64,000 nt of DNA. It comes from Lophium mytilinum (Eukaryota). Below the pieces are notes generated by a model that worked only from the letters and a program-made list of their open reading frames with translations, had not been told where the DNA came from and did not search any database. Of this stretch, positions 1 through 10,222 are shown one piece after another (position 1 is the stretch's first letter; each line of letters starts with the position of its first letter). The stretch covers positions 809,673 to 873,672 of the forward strand of contig MU004188.1 in NCBI GenBank assembly GCA_010093605.1. The letters are read 5' to 3'. Position numbers and translations under genes: made by a program.

Positions 1-80
1 CCCTTGCATCTCGACATTTTCTCGAGCGACCTCATCGTCACGCCGATTACGAAACCCTTAGGACGCGCCGACCACAGCTC

Positions 81-134
81 GTAAGTAGCCTATGGTACCT
101 CTGGTAGTTTGAGTACTGATCTGAGTTCGAGTAG
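81..134 (+). other. Probable 5'UTR intron of the uL10m gene
   Basis: GTAAGT donor at 81, CTGAT branch-like motif at ~116, TAG acceptor ending at 134, 19 nt before ATG 154. Confidence 0.55.
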
Positions 135-153
135 GCTCTATCTATCGCCCCCA

Positions 154-1227
154 ATGCCTCCTCGGATACGGCTCCAGACGCGACAGCTCAAAGTCCGCAT
201 ATACCATCACCAGATACCCTCACAGCCCTGCTTCTATGCATCTCTAGCGACGGCTACTACACCCGCGCCTCCAATCGAGCAGACTATCCACTCTGTGTCG
301 CCCATCGCCCGCTTCCCCCCCACACAACCCCCTTCACACAAACCCCCAGAAGTCCGGAAGTCCCAGCTTCACCGAGAATACCAATCTCTCCTCAAGTCCT
401 CGCCCTTAGTCCTCATCTTCCAACACAACAACCTCCGAGCGGTAGAGTGGATGGGCATACGGCGCGAGTTGGCTATTGCCCTCCGCAAAGTTGACGCGGA
501 GCTCGCCGCGACCGGACACAAGGACCTCTACGCCGACGCTATCAAGATCCAGATCATACAGACAGGCATTTTCGCATCCGCGCTGCGAGTCGTAGAGTTT
601 TACAATCCGGAGTCGACCGAGCTGCCAACACAGCATCCCTCCAACCCTGCCACAGCAACGTCGGCGCAGATTCCAAATGTCAAGCCCACGCCTGAGGACC
701 CAAGGCTTGCACATGGCCTCTCGCGACAGGCGCACGAGGCGGCTTCGGACAGGAAAAAGAAGCTAGACTTGGCACCCTTGCTGTCTGGACCAGTCGCGGT
801 TGTGTCGTTCCCTGCAGTCTCGCCGCAGCACCTCAAAGCGGCCCTCTCCATCCTTTCCCCGAGTGCCCCTAATTTCCCGGCGCCGAAGCGGAAAGCGAAT
901 CCCAGCTACCATGAGCCCGCGGTCCAAAACGGTATCCAGAAGCTTATGATGCTGGGGGCGCGCGTTGATGGTAAGGCGTTTGATCAGGAGGGAACAAAAT
1001 GGGTAGGTGGCATTTCTGGAGGCTTAGATGGCCTCAGAGGTCAACTGGTTGGCATGTTGCAGAATGTGGGTGCCGGCGTTACGAACGCGCTCGAGGGGGC
1101 TAGTCAGAGTGTATATTTTACTATGGAGGGAAGGAAATACATGATGGAGGAGGCAGAGAAGGGCCCAGAGGAGAAGAAGGGAGGGGAAGAGGCGAAGCCG
1201 GAGGGGGAAGAGGCGAAGCCGGAGTAG
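154..1227 (+). CDS. MRPL11: Mitochondrial large ribosomal subunit protein uL10m
   Basis: Single-exon ORF from ATG 154 (the ORF track's TTG at 109 lies in a probable 5'UTR intron). Arg/Ser-rich presequence-like N-terminus; L10-like segments LIFQHNNLRAVEWMGIRREL and LLSGPVAVVSF...KLMMLGARVDG. Confidence 0.8.
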   Translation: MPPRIRLQTRQLKVRIYHHQIPSQPCFYASLATATTPAPPIEQTIHSVSPIARFPPTQPPSHKPPEVRKSQLHREYQSLLKSSPLVLIFQHNNLRAVEWMGIRRELAIALRKVDAELAATGHKDLYADAIKIQIIQTGIFASALRVVEFYNPESTELPTQHPSNPATATSAQIPNVKPTPEDPRLAHGLSRQAHEAASDRKKKLDLAPLLSGPVAVVSFPAVSPQHLKAALSILSPSAPNFPAPKRKANPSYHEPAVQNGIQKLMMLGARVDGKAFDQEGTKWVGGISGGLDGLRGQLVGMLQNVGAGVTNALEGASQSVYFTMEGRKYMMEEAEKGPEEKKGGEEAKPEGEEAKPE

Positions 1228-1460
1228 ATGTATATTATGGCAAGACTTGTATATCAAAATGTACGTAGCACGAACGTGCAATCAGTTGGATGGGATCACG
1301 ATACAGCTCGAGGATCAACGATTATGATATACAAAATGTCCAAAGTCCTACGCCAACACGCTTTGATAATTAGGATAGGTACAGACATAACCTTTCACAC
1401 GCCTATACGCAAATAAAGCCTACTCCGCACACACATGTTTTGCTGTAGGGATGGTGAACT

Positions 1461-2830
1461 TCAGCCTGCCGAGTTTCGTGTTGATCGTCGCTTGCCAGGA
1501 GTCTCTTCTTTGATCTTCGTCGATGTATCACCTTTGGTAGTTTTCCTCGCAGTGCCATTCGTAGCTAGCTTTTGCTTCTTTTTCGGCTTCACTTCATCCT
1601 CCTCCTCGTCAGAGAGTTCACTGTCTGGCTCTGGCTGTTTTGTCTTTCTTCCTCTCTTCGCAGCTGGTGATTTCGGCGACGCTTCATCATCAACAGCTTT
1701 GCCACGCCCCTTGGCCTTCTTTGATTTCTTCTCTTCCACACCATCTTCGTCGTCATCGCCTTCACCTTTGATGCCAGCTGACACGGGTCCGGTCTTTTTC
1801 TGGACGCTTGGGATGACTGCAGAAGTGCGTCCGCCAACCTTGAGGAAGATTATCTTCTCTCCGTTTGGAAGCCGATCTCCTCCTTCTTTACCCTTGTTCC
1901 AACGGTGGCGCATCAACCCTAAGTAGCTGTTAATGAACATCCGACAGCATTAAGCTGAGATATGCTTACAATTCTCGGGAAACTTCGAAGACTCCGCTAG
2001 CGTGGTGCAAGCAGTAGTGCATACATCGATGAGAGAGTCGTGAAGCCGTTGGATCTGTTCATCGCTGAACGTGTTGCTGTACTGTTCTGGATGTAGTTTC
2101 GCTTGATATAAGACCTCGTCACTACCTTAAGTTAGTCTGATTGCATCTAGAAAGCACTGAGGTGACACATATGACTTACCCGACCCAATTGCCAACTCCG
2201 CTGATATTGGCTTGATCAAGGAGTAGAGCTTTCACAGGAACCTTCTTGCTCCTCAGCTTCTTCGCCAGCCATTCCTGCGTCAAGATGTCCGAGTCGATGA
2301 CGGGATCAGGCCCGTTCTCCTTCAAAGGAGTTGTCTTCCTCATCATGTCGCCCTCAACATCCACCAACCTAATGCGGCCAAGTCTGCGACCATCTACGAA
2401 TGCGACTTCACAATCTGGCTCCTCCTTAATCTGCAAGATGAATTTCCAGAATCGCGGGGGCCATTCAGCTTCCTCAGGTTTGACAACGCCGTTGGAGCGA
2501 TAGTGCGCATTGTCGTCATTTGAGAATTTGATCCAGCCGGTCATACCGAAGTGCATCAGGGGATGCGGGGGTGAAGACATGACGAGCCAAAAATATTTGC
2601 CTTGCTGTCGCGCGTCGAGTACTTTCTTTCCAGTCATAGCCTTTGAGAATGCCGTCGCTGAGCATCCTACTTTGCCGTAGACAATGTCGTCTTCTTGAGT
2701 CTTGACGGCGGATATGGTCTTGCCAACGACGTGCTTCTTGAGAAAGTGCACGATGCGTGCGATTTCGCCGATCTAGGCACCGTTAGACCCGTGCCTGGCT
2801 TTCAAGCAGGATTGAACTCACCTCAGGCAT
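1461..2830 (-). CDS. fpg: Formamidopyrimidine-DNA glycosylase (Fpg/Nei family), 4 exons
   Basis: Spliced N-terminus MPE|IGEIARIVHFLKK (catalytic Pro-Glu), GKYFW, HFGMTG, H2TH motif LLDQANISGVGNWVGDEVLYQ; Lys/Glu-rich C-terminal tail without a zinc finger, as in fungal/plant Fpg. Confidence 0.93.
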
Positions 2831-3286
2831 GATGACTTGAATTGCTCCTCGGAGCGTGGAGTTTCTAGGCTGATGGGAGGCGGTGATCAAGGCAGCCCTG
2901 ACGACGCGAAGTTGGCTCCAATTTCAATCACGGTGTCACGTGTGGGCGTCATTTAGCGCAGCCACCGCCTCCCTACTCCTGTCTCATCTTCTCCTCATTG
3001 CTTCACAAAATGCCCATCCCAGTCAGACATCTCGTGTATGTTTTCTTACGAACATCGTTGAGTAGACTGGTGGTAGCAGCCGAGCTCAAAATGACCCATA
3101 TATTTCTTGTCGGGCTTCGGCTTCGTTACCTGCAGCTTGATAAGGCCGTTACATAATGCGCGCCCTTTGTCGATTTCTTGACCTCTTAAAGCATCATTCT
3201 TCCGTGCGGTCTACTACCTTCTTCATTACCTGTTCTTCCGAAATCAATATTACTCAACTACCTCTCCGGTGGTTTTATGAGGCATT

Positions 3287-4624
3287 ATGCGACTGCTAAC
3301 GTCCATCTTGGCCTTTTCATTGCCATGCACCATCATCGCACATTCAACACATCATCGTGAACATCAGGAGACCTTCTCAAAAGACCGTCTAGAGGAGCTA
3401 CAGAAGAAATGGGATACCGATGTATGCTAGTTATGTGAAGATAGGTTTTCACTTTTCAAATCCTCTGACTAACACGCACTATAGTGGGGGTTTTCTGGCA
3501 TTTCAACTTTCGCACATTTGCCATATACTAGGTGTCTAAGCCATCCCGAGACTTCCTTCGATATCGGAATCATTGGAGCTCCTTTTGATACAGCTGTGAG
3601 CTATCGGCCTGGTGCGAGGTTCGGGCCACGCGCGATTCGAGCCGGTTCATCTCGTGAGTACTACCCGCTTAGAAAGAGCAAGTTCGGTCCTAACTCTGTG
3701 ATCAAAGGGCAAACATCGTTTCGTGGGTTCAACCCAAGAGCTGGACTGAATCCCTACACGTCATGGGCACGTATCATTGACTGTGGTGACATCCCAGTAA
3801 CCCCGTTCGACAATGCCTTAGCCCTTCGCCAAATGAGCGAGGCATTCATTGAACTTGGCGAACGGCCTCCGACGCCAGAATCTCTGGAGTCTTCATCGAC
3901 CTATCAGCATAAGCCCAAGCTGCTTACTCTAGGCGGGGATCACAGCATTGCTCTGCCAGCTCTCCGAGCTCTCAAGAAGATCTACAATCAGCCCATTGCT
4001 GTGGTACACTTCGATGCACATCTTGACACATGGCATCCAGCCAAATATCCTTCGGCCTGGATTGATCCCGACGACGAGTCTACTCCGTCTTTCTTTAATC
4101 ATGGTAGCATGTTCTGGATTGCCGCTACAGAGGGACTGATTGCCAACTCCTCATCTGTTCACGCAGGGCTTCGTACGCGTTTGTCAGGGGATGATGAAGC
4201 TGACTACTCTGATGATTCCCAACAAGGTTGGGTACGCATTGCCACGGATGATATTGATGACATCGGAGTGAAGGGGGTTATTTCCAAGATACTAGACTCA
4301 GTGGGAACCGAAGTCCCCGTCTACCTGAGCATCGATATCGATGTTATTGACCCTGGCCTCGCCCCAGGAACTGGTACCCCTGAACCTGGCGGATGGACTA
4401 CTCGGGAGTTGATCAGAATTCTTCGAGGCATCGAAAGCCTCAATGTGATAGGCGCCGATATTGTCGAAGTCAGTCCTGCATATGACGGAGGCACAGAAGC
4501 TACTGCAATGGCAGCAGCTCAGATTGGATTTGAAATCTTGACCAGCATTGTTCGACGCGGATTGATGGACCAAGCAAAGATTTCAAAAGCTGGCGACGAA
4601 AAGCGTGCAAAAGACGAGCTCTGA
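3287..4624 (+). CDS. Ureohydrolase (agmatinase/guanidinobutyrase-like) with signal peptide and C-terminal KDEL
   Basis: Exon 1 MRLLTSILAFSLPCTIIAHS..., introns 3422-3484 and 3654-3707. Motifs GAPFDTAVSYRPGARFGP, GGDHS, HFDAHLD, SIDIDVIDP-APGTGTPEPGG, DIVEVSPAYD; ends KDEL*. Confidence 0.93.
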
Positions 4625-4840
4625 TTATAGTTATCCGCTTCTTGGAGACACTCTCTATCTATCTTTGCGATCTGATAAGACTTCGTAGAGAAAAGAAAAA
4701 ATAGCGCACGTCATCAATAGCGGGGACTGGGAAAGCCGAGCACCTAGCGTCGTGGCACCTCAAGCAGCATTCAAGTAAAGATAGCCATCTTCGTTGTAGG
4801 TGGTAAATACATTCAAACTACCCTTGTATGAGTACCAGCC

Positions 4841-5890
4841 ATGCAACATAACGCGCCGCACAATTCCGCTACCTTTGAGGGGTGGTATTCCAAATTCACC
4901 CTTCCATCCGGAGCATCGTTAGCTCTCATAGTGTGCAGCGTTCCTAATGCTATTCGCAAACCACACATGGTAAGCCTTACATACGTGCCTAGAGATGCCT
5001 CAAACATCTTCCAAAGCGAACTCTGGGTGGACAACATAGAACGACTCCGCACAGGCCCCGGCAACGCGTTCGAACTCCGTGTCCCTGGCATTGGTCATGT
5101 ACGCTGCGACCCAGATTCCACAACCTCCTATGAATTCTCGCACCCATCCTTCTCATTCAGTGCCAAAACACGCACCCACACGCCCTGGTCTCCGTCGAAA
5201 TCCACCCCAGAAGGCATCCTTGTCCACCTACCCCTCCCGCTTCATTGGCACGTGCAATCCCTCGCCTCTGAGTGCGACTTCGAGCTCCACATCCCTTCTC
5301 TCGGCCTCACAGAACTTCCCAATTCCGACCGCTCCGGCCAGGCTACCGTGCACCAGGAGAAGAATTGGGCCAACAGCTTCCCCAAAGCGCACATCTGGAT
5401 CCAAGCCCGCGCTGACGACGGCGATGGTCCTCATGGCATCTGCCTCGCAGGCGGGCAAGTGCTAGGAATGACAGCCTACCTACTGGGCTACCGCGGCATC
5501 AATCCATTGCACAACATTGATTTCACGCCACCTTACGCACTCAGCGTCTTTGGTCTGAGCCCGTTCATGACTGTGAACAACGACTGGGAAAAGCGGCGGT
5601 TCGATCTCAGCGTGCAGGTGCTGTGGCAGAAGGTTGTGGTCAAAGCGACGGCACCGGCAGGGACGTTTTTTGCGCTCGCGGCACCGTTTGGTGAGGGCTT
5701 TCGGGATAACTTCCTCGCCGAGAGCTTTGCTGCGACGGTAGATGTGGAAGTTTGGAGGAAGAGTGGGTGGGGAAGTTGGTTTGGTTTCGGAGAGTGGCAG
5801 CTTGTGTGTAAGGATCGGTTTGAGGATGCGAGTTTGGAGTTTGGAGGGGAGTATTATCCGTTAAGGGGAAGCGAGAAGAAGAGGAATTGA
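4841..5890 (+). CDS. Tocopherol-cyclase-like protein
   Basis: Intronless 349-aa ORF with FEGWY near the N-terminus and EKNWANSFP-HIWIQ, resembling the FEGWY and EKNWGxSFP motifs of the tocopherol cyclase family. Confidence 0.65.
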   Translation: MQHNAPHNSATFEGWYSKFTLPSGASLALIVCSVPNAIRKPHMVSLTYVPRDASNIFQSELWVDNIERLRTGPGNAFELRVPGIGHVRCDPDSTTSYEFSHPSFSFSAKTRTHTPWSPSKSTPEGILVHLPLPLHWHVQSLASECDFELHIPSLGLTELPNSDRSGQATVHQEKNWANSFPKAHIWIQARADDGDGPHGICLAGGQVLGMTAYLLGYRGINPLHNIDFTPPYALSVFGLSPFMTVNNDWEKRRFDLSVQVLWQKVVVKATAPAGTFFALAAPFGEGFRDNFLAESFAATVDVEVWRKSGWGSWFGFGEWQLVCKDRFEDASLEFGGEYYPLRGSEKKRN

Positions 5891-6683
5891 AGAGGGGTGC
5901 TGGGTCCATGTATTGGTGTGGCTTCCTACCCATCTTACTTCGGAGACCTAATTACCCTAGATCGCCAAAGCTCATTGCATGTTTGTACGACCTCATGAAG
6001 AGTAATCTCTCAGGGACTTGATACAGGTAGTTCGATATCCTAATGTGCACCCAAGCAATTTCCTTTCCCGTTCAGGGGACTGAGCTGCTCATGCTCCAGC
6101 CTGAGCTGTGGCTGTGCTGGGGTGAGCGATCCTGAGCCGAGACTGAGCAGCTCGTTGGAACCCAGTTTTAGGCTGTAGGCCTGCCAGGTTCCAGTTTCAC
6201 GGCACCGCTAGCCTCTTTATCTTCAACACCAACCACACCAACACACTGAAATCATCAAATGCCTCATACCTTGCTTACAGTACACATTTATCACCCTCTT
6301 TCTAGACGCAACGTCAAACCTCCTTTGTAAACCCTCAAAGTCGCATTCGCCACAATCAGCATTGTAGCCTGCATCCTCGTATCTACTGGTATCCTAGGAT
6401 CCTTTGCTGCTGGTGCGCCCGAAGAGCTTTACTCGGACTCGGGCTTACCCTGAGAGACGAACTCTATCAATTTATGTATATCATAATTGGGGTCTGCCTA
6501 TGTGTTACGAACCTCCCACTCTCACGACCCTCCCGCTCCGAGGATCATCTCGTTAGAATTGGGTTGAGAATATAGAGAAGAGCCTCTTATAATAAGGCCT
6601 GGTCCAAGTTTCACCTATTCTATAAATTACTTCATCTTCTTAAGCACTCCTCAGAGCGAGAGGATAAATAAGGATCTGCCATA

Positions 6684-8009
6684 ATGGAGATGGTGGAGAT
6701 GACAGCCTTGCCTCAAGGTGGTTCTACGGGTTCTGCAGCTGCAAGCGGAGTTAGGAATGTGAACGGTATGTCTCATTCATGTTCCTCTATACTCCGGTTC
6801 GACGAGTAGTCTCACCTTTCATATCCAGACAAAATTCAAAACACAGCCTTGCCAAGTCCTGGATTGCAACACGGCGATGCCACATCCAGTCCTGCACAAG
6901 CTCCACATGATACGAACGTCAACAACTCCCCCCTTGGTTCTGCGAACCAACAGCGCGTGCTCAGCACACTCCCCAGAACATGTGAAGGCGACGATCATCG
7001 AAATGGCGAAACTAAGATTCAGTTTGACGCGCCGGATCCGCTCCAAAATCCTCCCGGTTTCATACCAGAAGAGCAGTCGCCTTTCCCTTTTGGTCATAGG
7101 ATGTTGTATCAAAAAGAACCATCTTGCGCGAGAAATCAGCTGGTATATGCCCACAATTATTTCTTTGGACCGCACTACTTCTCCTCGGTGGGCTGGGCGG
7201 CGGGTGGTAGTTGGACGCAAACGACAACGTTCAGCCTCATGAACCTCGAAGTACCAGGAAGTCAGGCAAATAACTCCTAGTCAATACGTGACTCCTAATC
7301 CTAATGGATACCACCGTGTTAGGAGACTCAAGGTTGGCAAGAAATGCATCCAACGGATCAAAGAAATCGATTCCATTGGGTACTACATTATAGTCGGCAT
7401 CATGAACGAGCGTACCGGTATACCCAGGGAAGAGCTGGGATGGGTTCATGGCACTGGCGATCTTTTCAAGACAATCCATGGCCTAGCCCGACGATTGCGG
7501 AATCTCCCGCGTAGACTCCTCTCTTTGAAAAGAGTTGCAGGATTTAAAGTCTATGCGTGCCATCCGGATGCTGGATACCATGAGAACGTGGAGATGGATC
7601 ACAAGACTGAGATGATTTTACAGTCCTTTTACCACGACTACAACTTGAAATCCGCCAAGAAGGACTATGAAGACCGTTGGGCGAAGTGGGTGCACAAGTC
7701 CTTCAACAGCTGTTCTCTCGATCCCGGAGACGGTAAATTAGCCTTACAGCTTGTGCTTCGGTGGTCTCCCCTCAAGATTACCGCTTATGTCAGTACGCCT
7801 GTCATCCTGAGCCTTGCGATAGGAATATGGTACATGAAGCACACTGGAGACATACAAACGGCGTGGACCATCTCGTCGTACATTGTGACAGCTGCAGGAG
7901 GTAAGGCTTATTCCCTTAATCAACAAGCTCCGCACGTGAGTAGTTAAGTTGACTACCCCTAGTTCTCATCGCGCTTCTCGCAGCTGTGACCTCTCTTGGC
8001 GATGTGTGA
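6684..8009 (+). pseudogene. Hypothetical C-terminally membrane-anchored protein gene with an apparent frame break near 7240-7280
   Basis: ATG 6684; intron ~6766-6828 joins ORF 6849-7280; downstream ORF 7288-7947 is in another frame with no convincing intron. Last intron GTAAGG..TAG gives a hydrophobic end (WTISSYIVTAAGVLIALLAAVTSLGDV*). Confidence 0.45.
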
Positions 8010-8091
8010 GCAAGTACCGCGATCTTTGGCTATCTCTTTGCTTCTTGGGTGTTACAATACGAGCTTTGTCTCATCAGGTCCTAATTTTCGT

Positions 8092-8244
8092 CAGTGAATG
8101 ATTCGGACTGGAGTGGACTGAAGTGGGCCCCAATTACCTTACGCCTAGCGTTATCCTACCCCAGTTAAAACCCTGCCTAACGTAGTAAGGCGCTCCACTC
8201 CACTCTACTCCAGTCCAAGTGGCTCCAGTCCAGTTCCATTACTG
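8092..8244. mobile_element. hAT-type MITE (153 bp)
   Basis: Ends CAGTGAATGATTCGGACTGGAG and (revcomp) CAGTAATGGAACTGGACTGGAG; inner inverted arms 8105-8126 / 8195-8216 match 19/22; flanked by ATTTTCGT (8084-8091) and ATTTTCAT (8245-8252), an 8-bp TSD with one transition. Confidence 0.7.
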
Positions 8245-8890
8245 ATTTTCATATCCGCAAAGCCTTCGTTGGCCACCACTGTTGTATTTCGTAACCCTTT
8301 CAGATCGCAGTCCTGAATCTTCCCGAGGCTTCCTTGAGGTTGTGAATCTTTCACTGCGACTATACTACATTCAATTTCATTGAAGAGCTTATCAATATGG
8401 GTAGAAGCTATTCAGATTATTCTAATCGAGATCGCCTTTTCCCACACATGACACGAGTATGCCTCTTCTCCAAGAGAGGCGTATGGAAAACTTACGCAAA
8501 CAGGTGGTACGCAATGAGCGAATCGGTACGATACTATTGGGAGGTCTTTGGACCCCAAATTAGAAGGATTTGGTGCCTGCATTCTGTAATAAGATATCCA
8601 GAATATGAGGGCAGTCAAGTTGCTCAAGCAAGAGATTACCATCGGGACACAGTCTCGTCATGCCGACGGTTGTAGATATGATATCAGGGCTGTGCGTCTG
8701 CTTCCGATGTCCGAATTACTCAGCTTGTCCTAAACGAACCAACCTCATATTCGCTCATTATTCAATGCTAATATACCCAGATTTTTCAACCCTTCCCGGG
8801 AATTTTCGAAATCGGTGCAAGTGATTCTGGCTCAACATCGTAGCGTTCTTCCGTATGGCTTTCAGCTCCATTAGTTCGGCGTCATGCCAT

Positions 8891-8944
8891 CGGTGATAGA
8901 ACTGGACCAGAGCCAGTTAGAGCTAGAGTGGTGGAGCGTCCTTA
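8891..8944 (+). mobile_element. Degenerate terminal fragment of the same MITE/hAT family
   Basis: CGGTGATAGAACTGGACCAGAGCCAGTTAGAGCTAGAGTGGTGGAGCGTCCTTA aligns with the reverse complement of 8187-8244; no partner end found. Confidence 0.5.
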
Positions 8945-10222
8945 AAAGGCCTTAAGAGTGGAGTTATAAAGTTGCTAGATAGAGCAGATTTAGAGTCTCG
9001 AGGGAGTGAGGGCTCACTCTCCAGCGAACCTTACCTACCATCCATAAACCACCACCAACCCAACCCCTCTCTACCCCCCAAAAAAAAACGCCGGTGTAAA
9101 TGTACAACCCGCTTTGCCCAATGCGTACATGTGCTCAAAGCAAACGGACGATCCTCTCTTCGCATAGTCTCTCCCGCCAAGAGAAACGTCGCAAGTCGCA
9201 AAAGGCCGCCTCAACGTTTAATATGAATGGCTAAGCAGGGCTGACTGGGACCGAAAGAATTAAGCAGGAAAAGGAAATACTATCCGGCGCAAACTTTTCT
9301 TCACAACGGCAAGACGAGACTAAAGGCTCAAGAGGTTGCAGGCGGATGCAACCACAATGCCGGCTCTCTGAGCTAGAGCATGTATCTCTGAACTAGAACA
9401 TATCTCTCTAAAAACAGGTACAGCAAGGAACGATGGTACTCATGGCAGCGCTCAAAGTTGCTTTATATATCTTACAGGGGCATAGGCGCTAGATTACAGA
9501 TACTGTTTACTTTAATCTCAATTGCTTTTGGTTTTACACACCAAGTATTCTAGATCTCCGAGAATCATACTTTCCGAACAAAGCTCCGCAGCCTTTCGCT
9601 TTGAAGTCCCATCTTTTCCTCTTACGCACACCGCATGCGGACATCCTTTTCGACACCCAATTTCTGAAATGGTCCAAGACTACCTTCGAGCTGACTTACC
9701 AGCAAATTTAACAATAGTCACAAGAGTTCTATCATTCTGACGCAAGCGCGTCAACTTTTACTGTACCACAGCTGAATAGGCCTCGAAATGGCGATTGTCG
9801 TCATGGCTTTGCTTCCTCCATGCACTGATCTCGCAAGGCTGTCTTCGTCGAGATAGGCAGCCGCTACACAAGCTGGCCGCACTCCGTTCCCATGGCTGTG
9901 CGCGCCTCCGCACATGTCAGATGGACCTGAAAAGATTGGCAAGCGCCGTGCTGATTGGCTCGCTCAATGGGGCCCAGAAAGGTTTAGTGCCAACTCGCCC
10001 AATGGCTCCTAGAAAAGTTAGCGTGATACGGAGTGATTGGCCAGCGCCACGACTGCTGCATTCGCACAGCCTCGACAAAGAGGACGTATGGTGGGATGTT
10101 CTGGAGGGGAGCGGGGGTATAACTAGAGGCTGAGATCCTCGATAAGTAGCTCATTAGATCACACAGACTCGAGTCCTTTTTCTAGTCCAAAAACTGTTGC
10201 TGCAGACCAACCCACCTGCACA

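Noticed and set aside
1183..1224. 21-nt tandem duplication encoding GEEAKPE x2
   Set aside because: Ordinary slippage repeat in a disordered tail.
6081..6153. Short inverted repeat GAGCTGCTCA/TGAGCAGCTC with repeated CTGAGC
   Set aside because: Only about 10-bp arms and no TSD; insufficient to call an element.
9366..9409. Imperfect ~20-bp tandem duplication TCTCTGARCTAGARCATR
   Set aside because: Two units only, in a degenerate region; not an array.
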